Virus record (IMG/VR): IMGVR_UViG_3300020551_000020
Span: 1 to 25,505 of that record
Origin: a virus
Taxonomy: Duplodnaviria; Caudoviricetes
Length of the DNA stretch: 25,505 bases
Reading direction: 5' to 3' (one strand)
The translations under genes were made by a program, and so were the position numbers. The first letter of the stretch is position 1. Each line of letters starts with the position of its first letter. Under the pieces are notes generated by a model that had not been told where the DNA came from, searched no databases, and worked only from the letters and a program-made list of their open reading frames with translations. Of this stretch, positions 18,101 through 25,505 are shown in pieces.

Positions 18101-18477
18101 TGCCGAGAAAGACTCTAAAAGACAGGGGAAAAATAAATCGTATCAGTCCTCTAGTAAAAAAACTTATTGGAACAGAAAGTTCTGATGACTTAATGCGTGA
18201 GTTAATCAAAATTTTACCGAAAACTAACGAACCTCCAAAAGTTGGTAAGTTTTATATCTTTTCTTATAATGCTAAAACTTCAGGTATAAGATACGATCAA
18301 AATCCTCTGGTTGCCGTAACTGAGGTATTTAAATGGGGATTTAAGGGTATTAACTTTCACTGGGGAGAATCCAGACAATACACTTGGGATGAAATTGCTG
18401 GAGGAATATATGAGGTTTATGATACGGAGATTGAAGATTTAAGAAGACTGCCTTTTAGCAACATTAGAACTAAATAA
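18100..18477 (+). CDS. gp2-like DNA end protector family protein (short form)
   Basis: GKFYIFSYNAKT..YDQNPLV...GFKGINFHW resembles the gp2 core; adjacent to gp4. Confidence 0.55.
   Translation: MPRKTLKDRGKINRISPLVKKLIGTESSDDLMRELIKILPKTNEPPKVGKFYIFSYNAKTSGIRYDQNPLVAVTEVFKWGFKGINFHWGESRQYTWDEIAGGIYEVYDTEIEDLRRLPFSNIRTK
18470..18476 (+). promoter_or_regulatory. Late promoter CTAAATA upstream of gp48
   Basis: Overlaps the upstream stop codon, 14 nt before the ATG at 18491. Confidence 0.55.
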
Positions 18478-18490
18478 TTAGAAAAAGATA

Positions 18491-19498
18491 ATGGCAGATC
18501 CATTTACAAACCCACAATTTGGAGTTGATAGTTCTGGAAACTTAACTGCGTTTTCTCAAAATCAATCTACACAAACAAAGTCGGTTACATTAAGATATCC
18601 TTATAAAAAGATTGAGGCATCTGACGATTATCTTAAAATTGATGTTATTAAATATACTCCTCCAGGTCTTGGAACTCAAAATAATGCTTCTTTTGCCTTA
18701 AATACATCTGACCAAACATATGAAGATCAATTAGGGTCTCCAAATAGTAAAAAAGATATTTTACAAACAATATTATTACCAATACCAGAAAATATTCAGG
18801 ATAGTAATAGTGCCGCTTGGGGACCGAGTAGTTTTAATCCTTTAGAAGCAGCAGGTATGAATATTGCGACTGGTGTTATGCAAGGAGATAATTTTGTTGG
18901 TTCTTTAGTAAATGGTCTTATATCTGCAGGCGTAAATGTAGCTACAGCTGCTCAAACTTCTATAGGGCAGAAAGCATTACAAGCTACTCTTTCTTCTTCT
19001 GCTGTTAAAGCTGTTCTTGGTAAAAATGCTTCAGTGAGCAGCAACTTATCCAGATTTACTGGTGCAGTATTTAATGATAATATAGAACTGGTTTTTAATG
19101 GTGTGAATATGAGACCAGAATTTACATTTGCATTTGATATGGTTCCTAGAGACGAAAAAGAATCTAGAGAAATTAAAGAGATTATCAAATCTTTTAAACA
19201 ATATAGTGCTGTAAAAAAAGGATTAGATAGTGGAGGTGCTGCAGGACTATTTCTCAAATCACCAGAAGTTTTCAGACTGCAATATATGAGTGGGACAAAA
19301 CCTCATCCTTACTTGAATAGATTTAAAATTTGTGCTCTTATTGGAATGAGTGTAAATTACACTGGATCTGGAACTTATTCTACTTATTCTGATGGAACAC
19401 CAGTTTATATGCAGTTATCGCTAACATTCAAAGAACTCACCCCAATTTACGCTGAAGATTACACAACTCAAGGTGGTCAATATGGAGTTGGATACTAA
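18491..19498 (+). CDS. gp48: Baseplate tail tube cap gp48
   Basis: LRYP, ILLPIPENIQDSN, ELVFNGVNMRPEFTFAFDMVPRDEKE and LTFKELTPIY motifs; precedes gp53. Confidence 0.85.
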   Translation: MADPFTNPQFGVDSSGNLTAFSQNQSTQTKSVTLRYPYKKIEASDDYLKIDVIKYTPPGLGTQNNASFALNTSDQTYEDQLGSPNSKKDILQTILLPIPENIQDSNSAAWGPSSFNPLEAAGMNIATGVMQGDNFVGSLVNGLISAGVNVATAAQTSIGQKALQATLSSSAVKAVLGKNASVSSNLSRFTGAVFNDNIELVFNGVNMRPEFTFAFDMVPRDEKESREIKEIIKSFKQYSAVKKGLDSGGAAGLFLKSPEVFRLQYMSGTKPHPYLNRFKICALIGMSVNYTGSGTYSTYSDGTPVYMQLSLTFKELTPIYAEDYTTQGGQYGVGY

Positions 19499-20145
19499 TG
19501 TCTTACTTTAGAGAATTACCAAATCTAGAATACCAATCATTCTTATCAGATCGCAAAGCATCTGATGAGTATTTGACTGTTAAGAATCTATTTCGTCGTG
19601 TAAAACTTCGTGATGACTTACAAAATGTTTTCACAATCTTTGATAAGTATCAGATTGTAGATGGTGCTCGTCCAGAAACAGTAGCAGAAGAAATTTATGG
19701 AAGTTCTCAATATGATTGGGTAGTTCTTGTAAGTTCAGGTATTACAAGAGTTAGAGACCAATGGCCACTTTCTGATAAGGATGTTTATGATTATGCAGAG
19801 TCAATCTATGGAACTGATTTAAATGCTATTCATCATTATGAAACTACTGAAGTTAAAGATAGTAAGGATAGGTTAATTCTTCCTGCAGGTAAAGTTGTTG
19901 ATTCAACTTTTACCATTCCAAATCCAAGCAATCCACTAGCAACATTAAATCCAGTAACTGGTGTGAGCAACTATGAATATGAAGTTGCTAAGAATAATGA
20001 AAAGCGTGGAATCTATGTTCTTAAGCCAAGATATCTACAGCAAGTGGTTACAGATACAAGAAAAGCGATGACTTATGATAAATCATCGCAATATGTAGAT
20101 AATAAATTAATCAGAACTGAAAATACTAGAGCATCAAATCCATAA
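19498..20145 (+). CDS. gp53: Baseplate wedge subunit gp53
   Basis: MSYFRELPNLEY, LysM-like RPETVAEEIYGSSQYDWVVL, QWPLS and IHHYET motifs. Confidence 0.9.
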   Translation: MSYFRELPNLEYQSFLSDRKASDEYLTVKNLFRRVKLRDDLQNVFTIFDKYQIVDGARPETVAEEIYGSSQYDWVVLVSSGITRVRDQWPLSDKDVYDYAESIYGTDLNAIHHYETTEVKDSKDRLILPAGKVVDSTFTIPNPSNPLATLNPVTGVSNYEYEVAKNNEKRGIYVLKPRYLQQVVTDTRKAMTYDKSSQYVDNKLIRTENTRASNP

Positions 20146-20724
20146 GAGTTCTAGGTTCTTATCAAAAATCATTACATATCGGTGTTTGCGGGAGCGGTCT
20201 TTCCACTCTCCTGAAGCACCTTTAATTTTGCCCCTAGAGTGTTTAGTTCCGTCTGCATAGTAGAAATCTTTCTTTGGGTCTGTGAGTCCGCAATATTTAA
20301 AATTAAGAGCACGATAGACTGTACCAAAATGGAAATCACTATCAGCGTAAGAGATGATTGCTTTAACTTCAGTATCCTTTCGTAACTGTCTAATCGCTCT
20401 TGAAACAAACCAAGAAGTGATATTATGCTCTGCAGATTGTGTGTCAGGATGTATGCAAAGTCTTGAAAGTTCAAAGAGTCCTTCTTGCTCATTTCGTTCT
20501 AATCCAAATGCTCCTTGTGCTATTTCTGGGACTGGGAGTCCAGTAAAAATTACTGCCCCAAGTAACTGTCCGATGTTTAATGGACAAAAATCGTTCTTTT
20601 TGAAGAGACCGTAGTTTCTCCCAGATTTATATCCTTTTGATATATCCTTTAGATAATGATATTTTAATATCAATTCATCCGCCTGTTTTTTTGTGATTCG
20701 GTCAATGTAGTAATCAGATTTCAT
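20134..20724 (-). CDS. Mom-like (GNAT-fold) DNA adenine-modification protein
   Basis: ILKYHYL...FELSRLCI...SWFVSRAIRQLRKD..AIISYAD..HFGTVYRALNFKYCG follows the phage Mu Mom family pattern. Likely start ATG at 20724; alternative in-frame ATG at 20754. Confidence 0.75.
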   Translation of the reverse strand: MKSDYYIDRITKKQADELILKYHYLKDISKGYKSGRNYGLFKKNDFCPLNIGQLLGAVIFTGLPVPEIAQGAFGLERNEQEGLFELSRLCIHPDTQSAEHNITSWFVSRAIRQLRKDTEVKAIISYADSDFHFGTVYRALNFKYCGLTDPKKDFYYADGTKHSRGKIKGASGEWKDRSRKHRYVMIFDKNLELLWI

Positions 20725-20750
20725 AAAAAAGGGAGGACCCTTGACCTCCC
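20725..20750 (-). terminator. Rho-independent terminator after gp32
   Basis: GGGAGG-TCAAGGGT-CCTCCC followed by TTTTTT on the minus strand. Confidence 0.75.
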
Positions 20751-20754
20751 CCAT

Positions 20755-20763
20755 ATTATAGCA
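20755..20763 (-). promoter_or_regulatory. Possible extended -10 sigma70 element (TGcTATAAT)
   Basis: Minus strand reads TGTGCTATAAT just after the gp32 stop; no well-spaced -35 box. Confidence 0.4.
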
Positions 20764-20769
20764 CAGAAA

Positions 20770-21696
20770 TTATTCTGCCAATTTTGCGAAATATGACAAG
20801 GTATCGTCCACATCGTCCTCATCTTCCTCAACAGCAGATGCACGGCGGGTAGGTTTCAGAGAAGACAGTTCATCACGGAGATCTTCAGTCAGTTCCTTCA
20901 CAGGACCACGAGAGTACTCTTCCTCTTCTGCCACTTCCTCATCCACACGGCGAGAACCTTTGGAACCCAGCACATACTCAAGACGCTTCTTCAGTTCATC
21001 ATAAGACTTGAACTGGTCAGCAGCAACGAGTTCGGCAAGAGAATACTGCTTCTTCCAGATTGCTTCCATTGCGTCATCATCGTCCAGCAGGGGAGCAGGA
21101 GCGGCAAACTCACTAGAATCATAGTTGCGATAACCAGCAACATTCTTTGCCTTCAGTTTGAAGTTAGCACCTTGCCAGAAGTCAAACGGATCGATTGCTT
21201 CTTCATCTTCAAACTCAGGTTGCATCGCTGCAGTCAGTTTGTCAAAGATCTTCTTGCCGTATTTAAACAGGAAAACTTTACCTTCGTTGGCGGGGTTGGC
21301 AGGGTCCTTGACCACATAAATGTTGGAAACATAAGTCAGTTTACGCTTCTGCTTACGGGCAAGTTCTTTACCAGCATCAGTGCCATTGTTCCACAGTTCG
21401 GAGTTCAGTTCGGACACAGGATCTTTCTGACCCAGAGTAGTCAGACTGTTCTCAATATACCAACCAGATACTCCCTGAAAAGCGTGACTGTAGAGTTTCA
21501 CGAACGGAAGATCCTCACCGTTCGGAGCAGGAAGGAAACGGATCACGGCATAACCATTGCCTGCTTTATCACACTCTAAACGCCATACACGTTCATCAGA
21601 AGAAGAATTATTACTGCTCATCTTTTCAACTTCTTTAACAAGTTTAGCAGTAAGATTGCCGAGTTTGGATTGTTTTTTAAGGTCTTGAAATGACAT
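20770..21696 (-). CDS. gp32: Single-stranded DNA-binding protein gp32
   Basis: Likely start MSFQDLKKQS (ATG 21696, SD GAGGT). Motifs GNGYAVIRFLPAP, WYIENSLTTLG, KYGKKIFDK and YRNYDSSEF; acidic C-terminal tail. Confidence 0.95.
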   Translation of the reverse strand: MSFQDLKKQSKLGNLTAKLVKEVEKMSSNNSSSDERVWRLECDKAGNGYAVIRFLPAPNGEDLPFVKLYSHAFQGVSGWYIENSLTTLGQKDPVSELNSELWNNGTDAGKELARKQKRKLTYVSNIYVVKDPANPANEGKVFLFKYGKKIFDKLTAAMQPEFEDEEAIDPFDFWQGANFKLKAKNVAGYRNYDSSEFAAPAPLLDDDDAMEAIWKKQYSLAELVAADQFKSYDELKKRLEYVLGSKGSRRVDEEVAEEEEYSRGPVKELTEDLRDELSSLKPTRRASAVEEDEDDVDDTLSYFAKLAE

Positions 21697-21740
21697 TTGG
21701 ATTACCTCGGATAGTTTGGATTCGGGGGATTTACTTGGAT

Positions 21741-21769
21741 AGTATAGCAAAGACGGTCTCACTTGTCAA
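21741..21769 (-). promoter_or_regulatory. Near-consensus sigma70 (early) promoter for gp32
   Basis: TTGACA-17 nt-TATACT with an extended -10 TG. Confidence 0.85.
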
Positions 21770-22091
21770 TGAATTTTTTAAGAGACTCAATCGTTTTAGT
21801 CATACTGCTAAAAAGTAAAGTCATATCAGTATCTGGTGGAAATCCCATCAGAGCAACTGATTTTCGTAGATTCTCTTTCATCTCAACCGCTTCTGGGTCA
21901 TCAGAAAGAGAAAGACGAGTATACATAATCTGCTGCTTTTCAAGCAACAAAGTCATTTTTTCAATGTGTTCAATTTTATCTTCACGGGACATAGAACCAA
22001 AAGTCAAGATACTCCCATAAAGAAACTCTTGAAGTTCATTAATTTCACGAAGTTCTTGTTGTATGAGTTCGGAATCAAAAAATCTACTCAT
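21759..22091 (-). CDS. DUF1825-like cyanobacterial/cyanophage protein
   Basis: FFDSELIQQE...RLSLSDDPEA pattern; usual position between gp59 and gp32 in cyanomyoviruses. Confidence 0.7.
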   Translation of the reverse strand: MSRFFDSELIQQELREINELQEFLYGSILTFGSMSREDKIEHIEKMTLLLEKQQIMYTRLSLSDDPEAVEMKENLRKSVALMGFPPDTDMTLLFSSMTKTIESLKKFIDK

Positions 22092-22674
22092 TTATAATTT
22101 CCCGTAAAATTTTCTTATAAGAGAACACATCTATATGTAGGAAAGGAGAATATTTTTTAATTTTTAAACTGACGGTTTCCCACACTGGGTCCAAAAGTTT
22201 CTTATCAAAATCTTTTACGATTGAAAATATTTTGTCGTAGATTACGAATGTTTCTGGCGATAATTTCCCGCTTAGAAACCTTTTGAGAACTATAGGGTGC
22301 CCTTTGGAACAGTTGAACACAGTTTCTAATTCGTTCTCTGAGAACAATTCCGTTGATTGTTCTTTGAACAAGTAAGTCAAACTCTGTTGTCTCCGCATCC
22401 AATCTGCGTAGGTCCTTTCTCCAGAATTGATAATTTCGCCAATCCATAAGTTGCTCGGGGAATCTGCTGCTACAAAGTTTGCTAATAAAAAGTCTACAAT
22501 TTCTTTGTCTGAAAGTTTGCGCGAAGTGCGTTCAAAGAAATACTTATCTTTGCGACGGTTAAATGAAGTAACGGTTGCTCTGGATTTGCCCCCATACTTA
22601 AAAAAGTCATATTTACTGTTCGTAAAATGACTTTTCATCGAAAGATAAGTTTGGTATGTCTCAAAAGGACTCAT
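22084..22674 (-). CDS. gp59: Helicase loader gp59
   Basis: YLSMKSHFT..KYDFFKYGGK..SFNRRKDKYFFE motif; synteny gp33-gp59-gp32. Confidence 0.9.
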   Translation of the reverse strand: MSPFETYQTYLSMKSHFTNSKYDFFKYGGKSRATVTSFNRRKDKYFFERTSRKLSDKEIVDFLLANFVAADSPSNLWIGEIINSGERTYADWMRRQQSLTYLFKEQSTELFSENELETVFNCSKGHPIVLKRFLSGKLSPETFVIYDKIFSIVKDFDKKLLDPVWETVSLKIKKYSPFLHIDVFSYKKILREIINE

Positions 22675-22931
22675 AAAGGCAATTTGGCGCGTGATGTCCG
22701 CTTCATAAAGTTAAGACGAGTTGCGTCCCACTTTAGTTTCTCTTTCAAAGGTTTTGAAATGAGTTTCGTAACTGATTCTACCTCAAGACTATTGATTTCG
22801 CAATAATGACAAATTGCATCAATGTAGTTAAAGTTTTCTTCTGCTACAATCTTTTCAATCTCAAGAGCAAACTTAGAAGGCGTTAAAAACTTATTCTCGA
22901 TGGCTTGTTCTAGTTCTTTATTTGGTTCCAT
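22671..22931 (-). CDS. gp33: Late transcription co-activator gp33
   Basis: Likely start MEPNKELE (ATG 22931). FALEIEKIV..NYIDAI.HYCE...LISKPLKEKLKWDA..LNFMK. Confidence 0.88.
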   Translation of the reverse strand: MEPNKELEQAIENKFLTPSKFALEIEKIVAEENFNYIDAICHYCEINSLEVESVTKLISKPLKEKLKWDATRLNFMKRTSRAKLPL

Positions 22932-23598
22932 AGAGCTCCAGTTTATCTCTAACAAACTTTCTAATGTATTCGGTGAGAAGTTTGATGTATTTTGCTTTGT
23001 CTCTTTCTTCATAAACGACGCATTCTCCATTTTCACAAGCCATAATGATTACAAGTTTTTTGACTGAAATACCAGTCAGTTCGTAAAGCATACAACCATA
23101 TGCCATACACTGAACAAAATAATGTTCGATCCACTCGCGTGGTTTTGGTTTTTTAGAAGTCTTAAAGTCGATTATCGCTAACTCGCCATTATATTCGGCA
23201 ATCGCATCAACTGTCCCAGCAATACCCAGTTGCTTACTATATAGGGACCCTTCAAGGGCGTAAATATTATTTATACGATTAAGTTCCGATTTTGCAATCT
23301 TAAAAAGAAAATCAGAGATTGGTTGAACTTCTGGTAGTTTTTCATTTTTAAGATGATGTTCTACCAAAGTATGCAGATCTGTTCCACGACTAGTTGCCGC
23401 TTTAGTGATTTTTTCTGCTTCTTCTTCACCAACCTTTTTACGCCAGTTAACAAAGATTTCCTTGTTAAAGTGACTGGTCACCGAAGTAATGGAGACCAGT
23501 CGGAGAAGTTCATCTTCGTCTGGAACTTTATAATACCTTACACCATCAATGGTTTCACGCTCCAACTGAGGGAGTTCAATATCAATATGTTTAAACAT
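22918..23598 (-). CDS. PD-(D/E)xK exonuclease (cyanophage exonuclease A)
   Basis: SITSV, RGTDLH, AGTVDAI, IIDFKTS and YFVQCMAY (QxxxY) motifs. Confidence 0.88.
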   Translation of the reverse strand: MFKHIDIELPQLERETIDGVRYYKVPDEDELLRLVSITSVTSHFNKEIFVNWRKKVGEEEAEKITKAATSRGTDLHTLVEHHLKNEKLPEVQPISDFLFKIAKSELNRINNIYALEGSLYSKQLGIAGTVDAIAEYNGELAIIDFKTSKKPKPREWIEHYFVQCMAYGCMLYELTGISVKKLVIIMACENGECVVYEERDKAKYIKLLTEYIRKFVRDKLELYGTK

Positions 23599-24350
23599 TA
23601 AAAACCAGCTTCCATTTTCGCAATGATGTATTCCTTAACAAGTCCAGAACGAACAATATCTTCTACACCAAACTCAATTATATCAAAAGAATTCATTTTA
23701 CGCAAGATGTTCATAAAGTCTACGATTCCATTACGCTCATTGGTTTTTTGCAAATCTGATTGAGAAGCATCACCACAGAACATAATTTTTGAGTTCTCAC
23801 CAACACGAGTAATGATAGAATCGAGTTCGTGTGCCGTACAGTTTTGAAACTCATCTACGATGACAATTGAATTATCAAGTGTAGTTCCACGAAGGAATGA
23901 AGTGCTCCAGAATTTAATCGTTTCTTGCGACTTTAAATTACCATAAAGCATTTCAAAGTCAGCATCAGAAGGCATCTGGAACATATACTTCACCATATTC
24001 TTATAAGGAATCTGGTAAATATCAGACTTGTCCTCATAAGAACCTGGAAGAAATCCAATCTCTCTAGTTGCTACAAGAGAACGAACAAGATAGATTTTCT
24101 CAAAAGGAGTTCTTTCGTCTAAGACTTCACGAAGAGCATTATAAAGAGTGATAAAGGTTTTACCAGTTCCAGCGCAACCATAAGCAACAAGATGCTTTTG
24201 ATTTGCATAGGATTCAAAAAGTTTCTTCTGATTCTCTGTGAGTGGGTCAATATCAATTAGATAATCACTACTTAATGGTTTTCTACGCTTCATTTGACGA
24301 GTAGTAAGACCAACCCCGATAGGTTGTTCTGCTCTTTTTCTTCTAGCCAT
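23598..24350 (-). CDS. phoH: PhoH-like ATPase
   Basis: Walker A GCAGTGKT; IGFLPG, FLRGTT, VDEFQN and GDASQSDL motifs. Confidence 0.95.
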   Translation of the reverse strand: MARRKRAEQPIGVGLTTRQMKRRKPLSSDYLIDIDPLTENQKKLFESYANQKHLVAYGCAGTGKTFITLYNALREVLDERTPFEKIYLVRSLVATREIGFLPGSYEDKSDIYQIPYKNMVKYMFQMPSDADFEMLYGNLKSQETIKFWSTSFLRGTTLDNSIVIVDEFQNCTAHELDSIITRVGENSKIMFCGDASQSDLQKTNERNGIVDFMNILRKMNSFDIIEFGVEDIVRSGLVKEYIIAKMEAGF

Positions 24351-24351
24351 A

Positions 24352-24600
24352 TTAGAGTTTCTTTACAGTTGAACCGGGCATTTTTTGAGCTTTTCCAAGA
24401 ACATCATTCCACGAAGGATGCTTATTGGCCAACTTATCTCTCCATTCACCAACTTCTCCTGGAGAAGGGCAAGTAGATGGGTCAGACCAGTCACGAATCC
24501 AGTCTGGATTATCTTTTTTCCACTGGTCCCAAGCGTGGATACTCATTTCCACTTCTTTTTGTTCACCAGTTTTTGTATTCACTACGGGATATGTGGACAT
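24352..24600 (-). CDS. Conserved small cyanophage protein (possibly a degenerate FmdB-like ribbon)
   Basis: 82 aa, MSTYPVVNTKTGEQKEVEMS; stop abuts the phoH start. Confidence 0.7.
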   Translation of the reverse strand: MSTYPVVNTKTGEQKEVEMSIHAWDQWKKDNPDWIRDWSDPSTCPSPGEVGEWRDKLANKHPSWNDVLGKAQKMPGSTVKKL

Positions 24601-24622
24601 AAAGTTACGAATTCAAGATAAT

Positions 24623-25207
24623 TTATTTAGAGTTTAAATTTGATGATATTTTCATAATATGATTAGTAAATTCTTCCATTGATAGATTTAATTTCATTTT
24701 ATTACAAACATAACAACAGGAAACGCAGTTAGAAATTTCATATCCAATATTATTATTAAGTCTATCAATTCCATTTGTTGGAACTACTTTACCATATTGT
24801 TTTCCTTTTCTTTTTTTAGGTAGTTCTCCACAATAATAGCATTTATTGGTAAAAAAATCTATACATTCATCTAAACATAAATTAAATTCATATCCTCTAC
24901 ATTTTGCAGATGTTGTATATCTTCTCACCAAAGAAGTAAAATGTCCTAGTTCTGTTCTTTGCTTTTTTCCTCTTTCAATAGCACTTTTTTTCTTCAAACA
25001 TCCACAACTTTTAGAAGCACCGCTACCATCACGAATAGAATAAAGACTTTTTTCAACGTGTTTTTTACAATATGGACATTCTGCAATAACAAAAGGTCTA
25101 TTTCTTGCAAGTTTACCTACTGGTTTTACTCCTAAATCTTCAATTATTTTCCAATTTGTAATCTTTAATTTTCTATCTTCAAAATTTTTAGTGCTTCCTT
25201 TTAACAT
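24623..25207 (-). CDS. Free-standing HNH-type (Cys-rich) endonuclease, putative homing endonuclease
   Basis: CYYCG...NGIDRLNNNIGYEISNCVSCCYVCNKMK; N-terminal CPYC and SCGC. Basic protein; DNA visibly more AT-rich than its neighbours. Confidence 0.8.
   Translation of the reverse strand: MLKGSTKNFEDRKLKITNWKIIEDLGVKPVGKLARNRPFVIAECPYCKKHVEKSLYSIRDGSGASKSCGCLKKKSAIERGKKQRTELGHFTSLVRRYTTSAKCRGYEFNLCLDECIDFFTNKCYYCGELPKKRKGKQYGKVVPTNGIDRLNNNIGYEISNCVSCCYVCNKMKLNLSMEEFTNHIMKISSNLNSK
24624..24630 (-). promoter_or_regulatory. Late promoter CTAAATA upstream of the 82-aa gene and phoH
   Basis: TATTTAG on the + strand, overlapping the HNH stop codon. Confidence 0.5.
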
Positions 25208-25231
25208 ATTAGTCTATTATTAATATAATAA

Positions 25232-25239
25232 TATTTATA
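25232..25239 (-). promoter_or_regulatory. Canonical T4 late promoter TATAAATA upstream of the HNH gene
   Basis: TATTTATA on the + strand, 24 nt upstream of the ATG. The region is very AT-rich, so a chance match is possible. Confidence 0.6.
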
Positions 25240-25258
25240 TTTAAATATACTCCAATAA

Positions 25259-25505
25259 TTAAGGACTTAAACGTGCTCTATGAAGGCGTTTTTCTTCATA
25301 ATATTTCCAAACATTTGGAGTCCATTTTTGGAGATGAGGAACAAACTGTTCGCAAAGTGCTTGAATTTCTAGTTGAGCATCCATTTTTGCTCGCAAGTCC
25401 ATAATGTGAAGAACAGAACGAAGGTTAAAAGAAACCACAAAGTTCTGACGAATTGCTTGTGCAAGATAGTCCCTAATGTGCTCTTCACACATTCCTTTTT
25501 CGTAT
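25259..25505 (-). CDS. thyX: Flavin-dependent thymidylate synthase, C-terminal part (5' end outside the window)
   Basis: YEKGMCEEHIRDYLAQAIRQNFVVSFNLRSVLHIMDLRAKMDAQLEIQ fits the ThyX C-terminal NxRxxxHxxxLR..AQxEI pattern; frame is open to the window edge. Confidence 0.85.
   Translation of the reverse strand, partial: YEKGMCEEHIRDYLAQAIRQNFVVSFNLRSVLHIMDLRAKMDAQLEIQALCEQFVPHLQKWTPNVWKYYEEKRLHRARLSP

Noticed and set aside
20172-20492. 106-aa same-strand, alternate-frame ORF nested in the Mom-like gene with a hydrophobic stretch
   Set aside because: No convincing SD or family motif, and not Com-like (no zinc-finger cysteines). Hydrophobic runs are common in shifted frames of AT-rich genes.
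20770-21696. Visibly higher GC content of gp32, suggesting horizontal transfer
   Set aside because: It is a core gene in its usual synteny; codon bias of a highly expressed gene explains it better.
21697-21762. N-terminal extension of gp32 in the ORF track
   Set aside because: It overlaps the sigma70 promoter and leader; the SD and conserved MSF start point to 21696.
22205-22447. 80-aa Arg-rich ORF nested in gp59
   Set aside because: Alternate-frame artefact with no supporting signals.
22932-23036. N-terminal extension of gp33 in the ORF track
   Set aside because: It lies inside the exonuclease gene; ATG 22931 gives a normal-sized gp33 with a short overlap.
24623-25258. Possible group I intron carrying the HNH gene
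   Set aside because: thyX ends with its own stop before the insert, the next gene is intact, and there is no room for a ribozyme core.

Overview
Part of a T4-like cyanomyovirus genome (Kyanoviridae-type), judged by gene content, gene order and protein motifs; no database searches were run. On the minus strand from the left: a very long modular tail-fibre gene that runs off the window (absent from the ORF track), two more virion proteins, and a baseplate-hub block (spike-like protein, gp5, gp27-like, a lysozyme+M23 protein, a possible tape-measure protein, gp51-like, gp26, tail-tube-fold protein). A plus-strand late block follows (gp4, gp2-like, gp48, gp53). A minus-strand replication block closes the window (Mom-like DNA-modification gene, gp32, DUF1825-like, gp59, gp33, exonuclease, phoH, a small conserved gene, a free-standing HNH endonuclease, and the 3' end of thyX). 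The strongest unexpected signal is a complete -1 ribosomal frameshift cassette at the gp26/gp51 junction: an internal GGAGG, a U-UUU-UUC slippery heptamer and an 8-bp hairpin. It would fuse the two ORFs, like the lambda gpG/gpGT tail chaperones, directly upstream of a tape-measure candidate. Also notable: a Mom-like gene whose start codon abuts the gp32 terminator, and a periodic ATCC-repeat leader on gp32.
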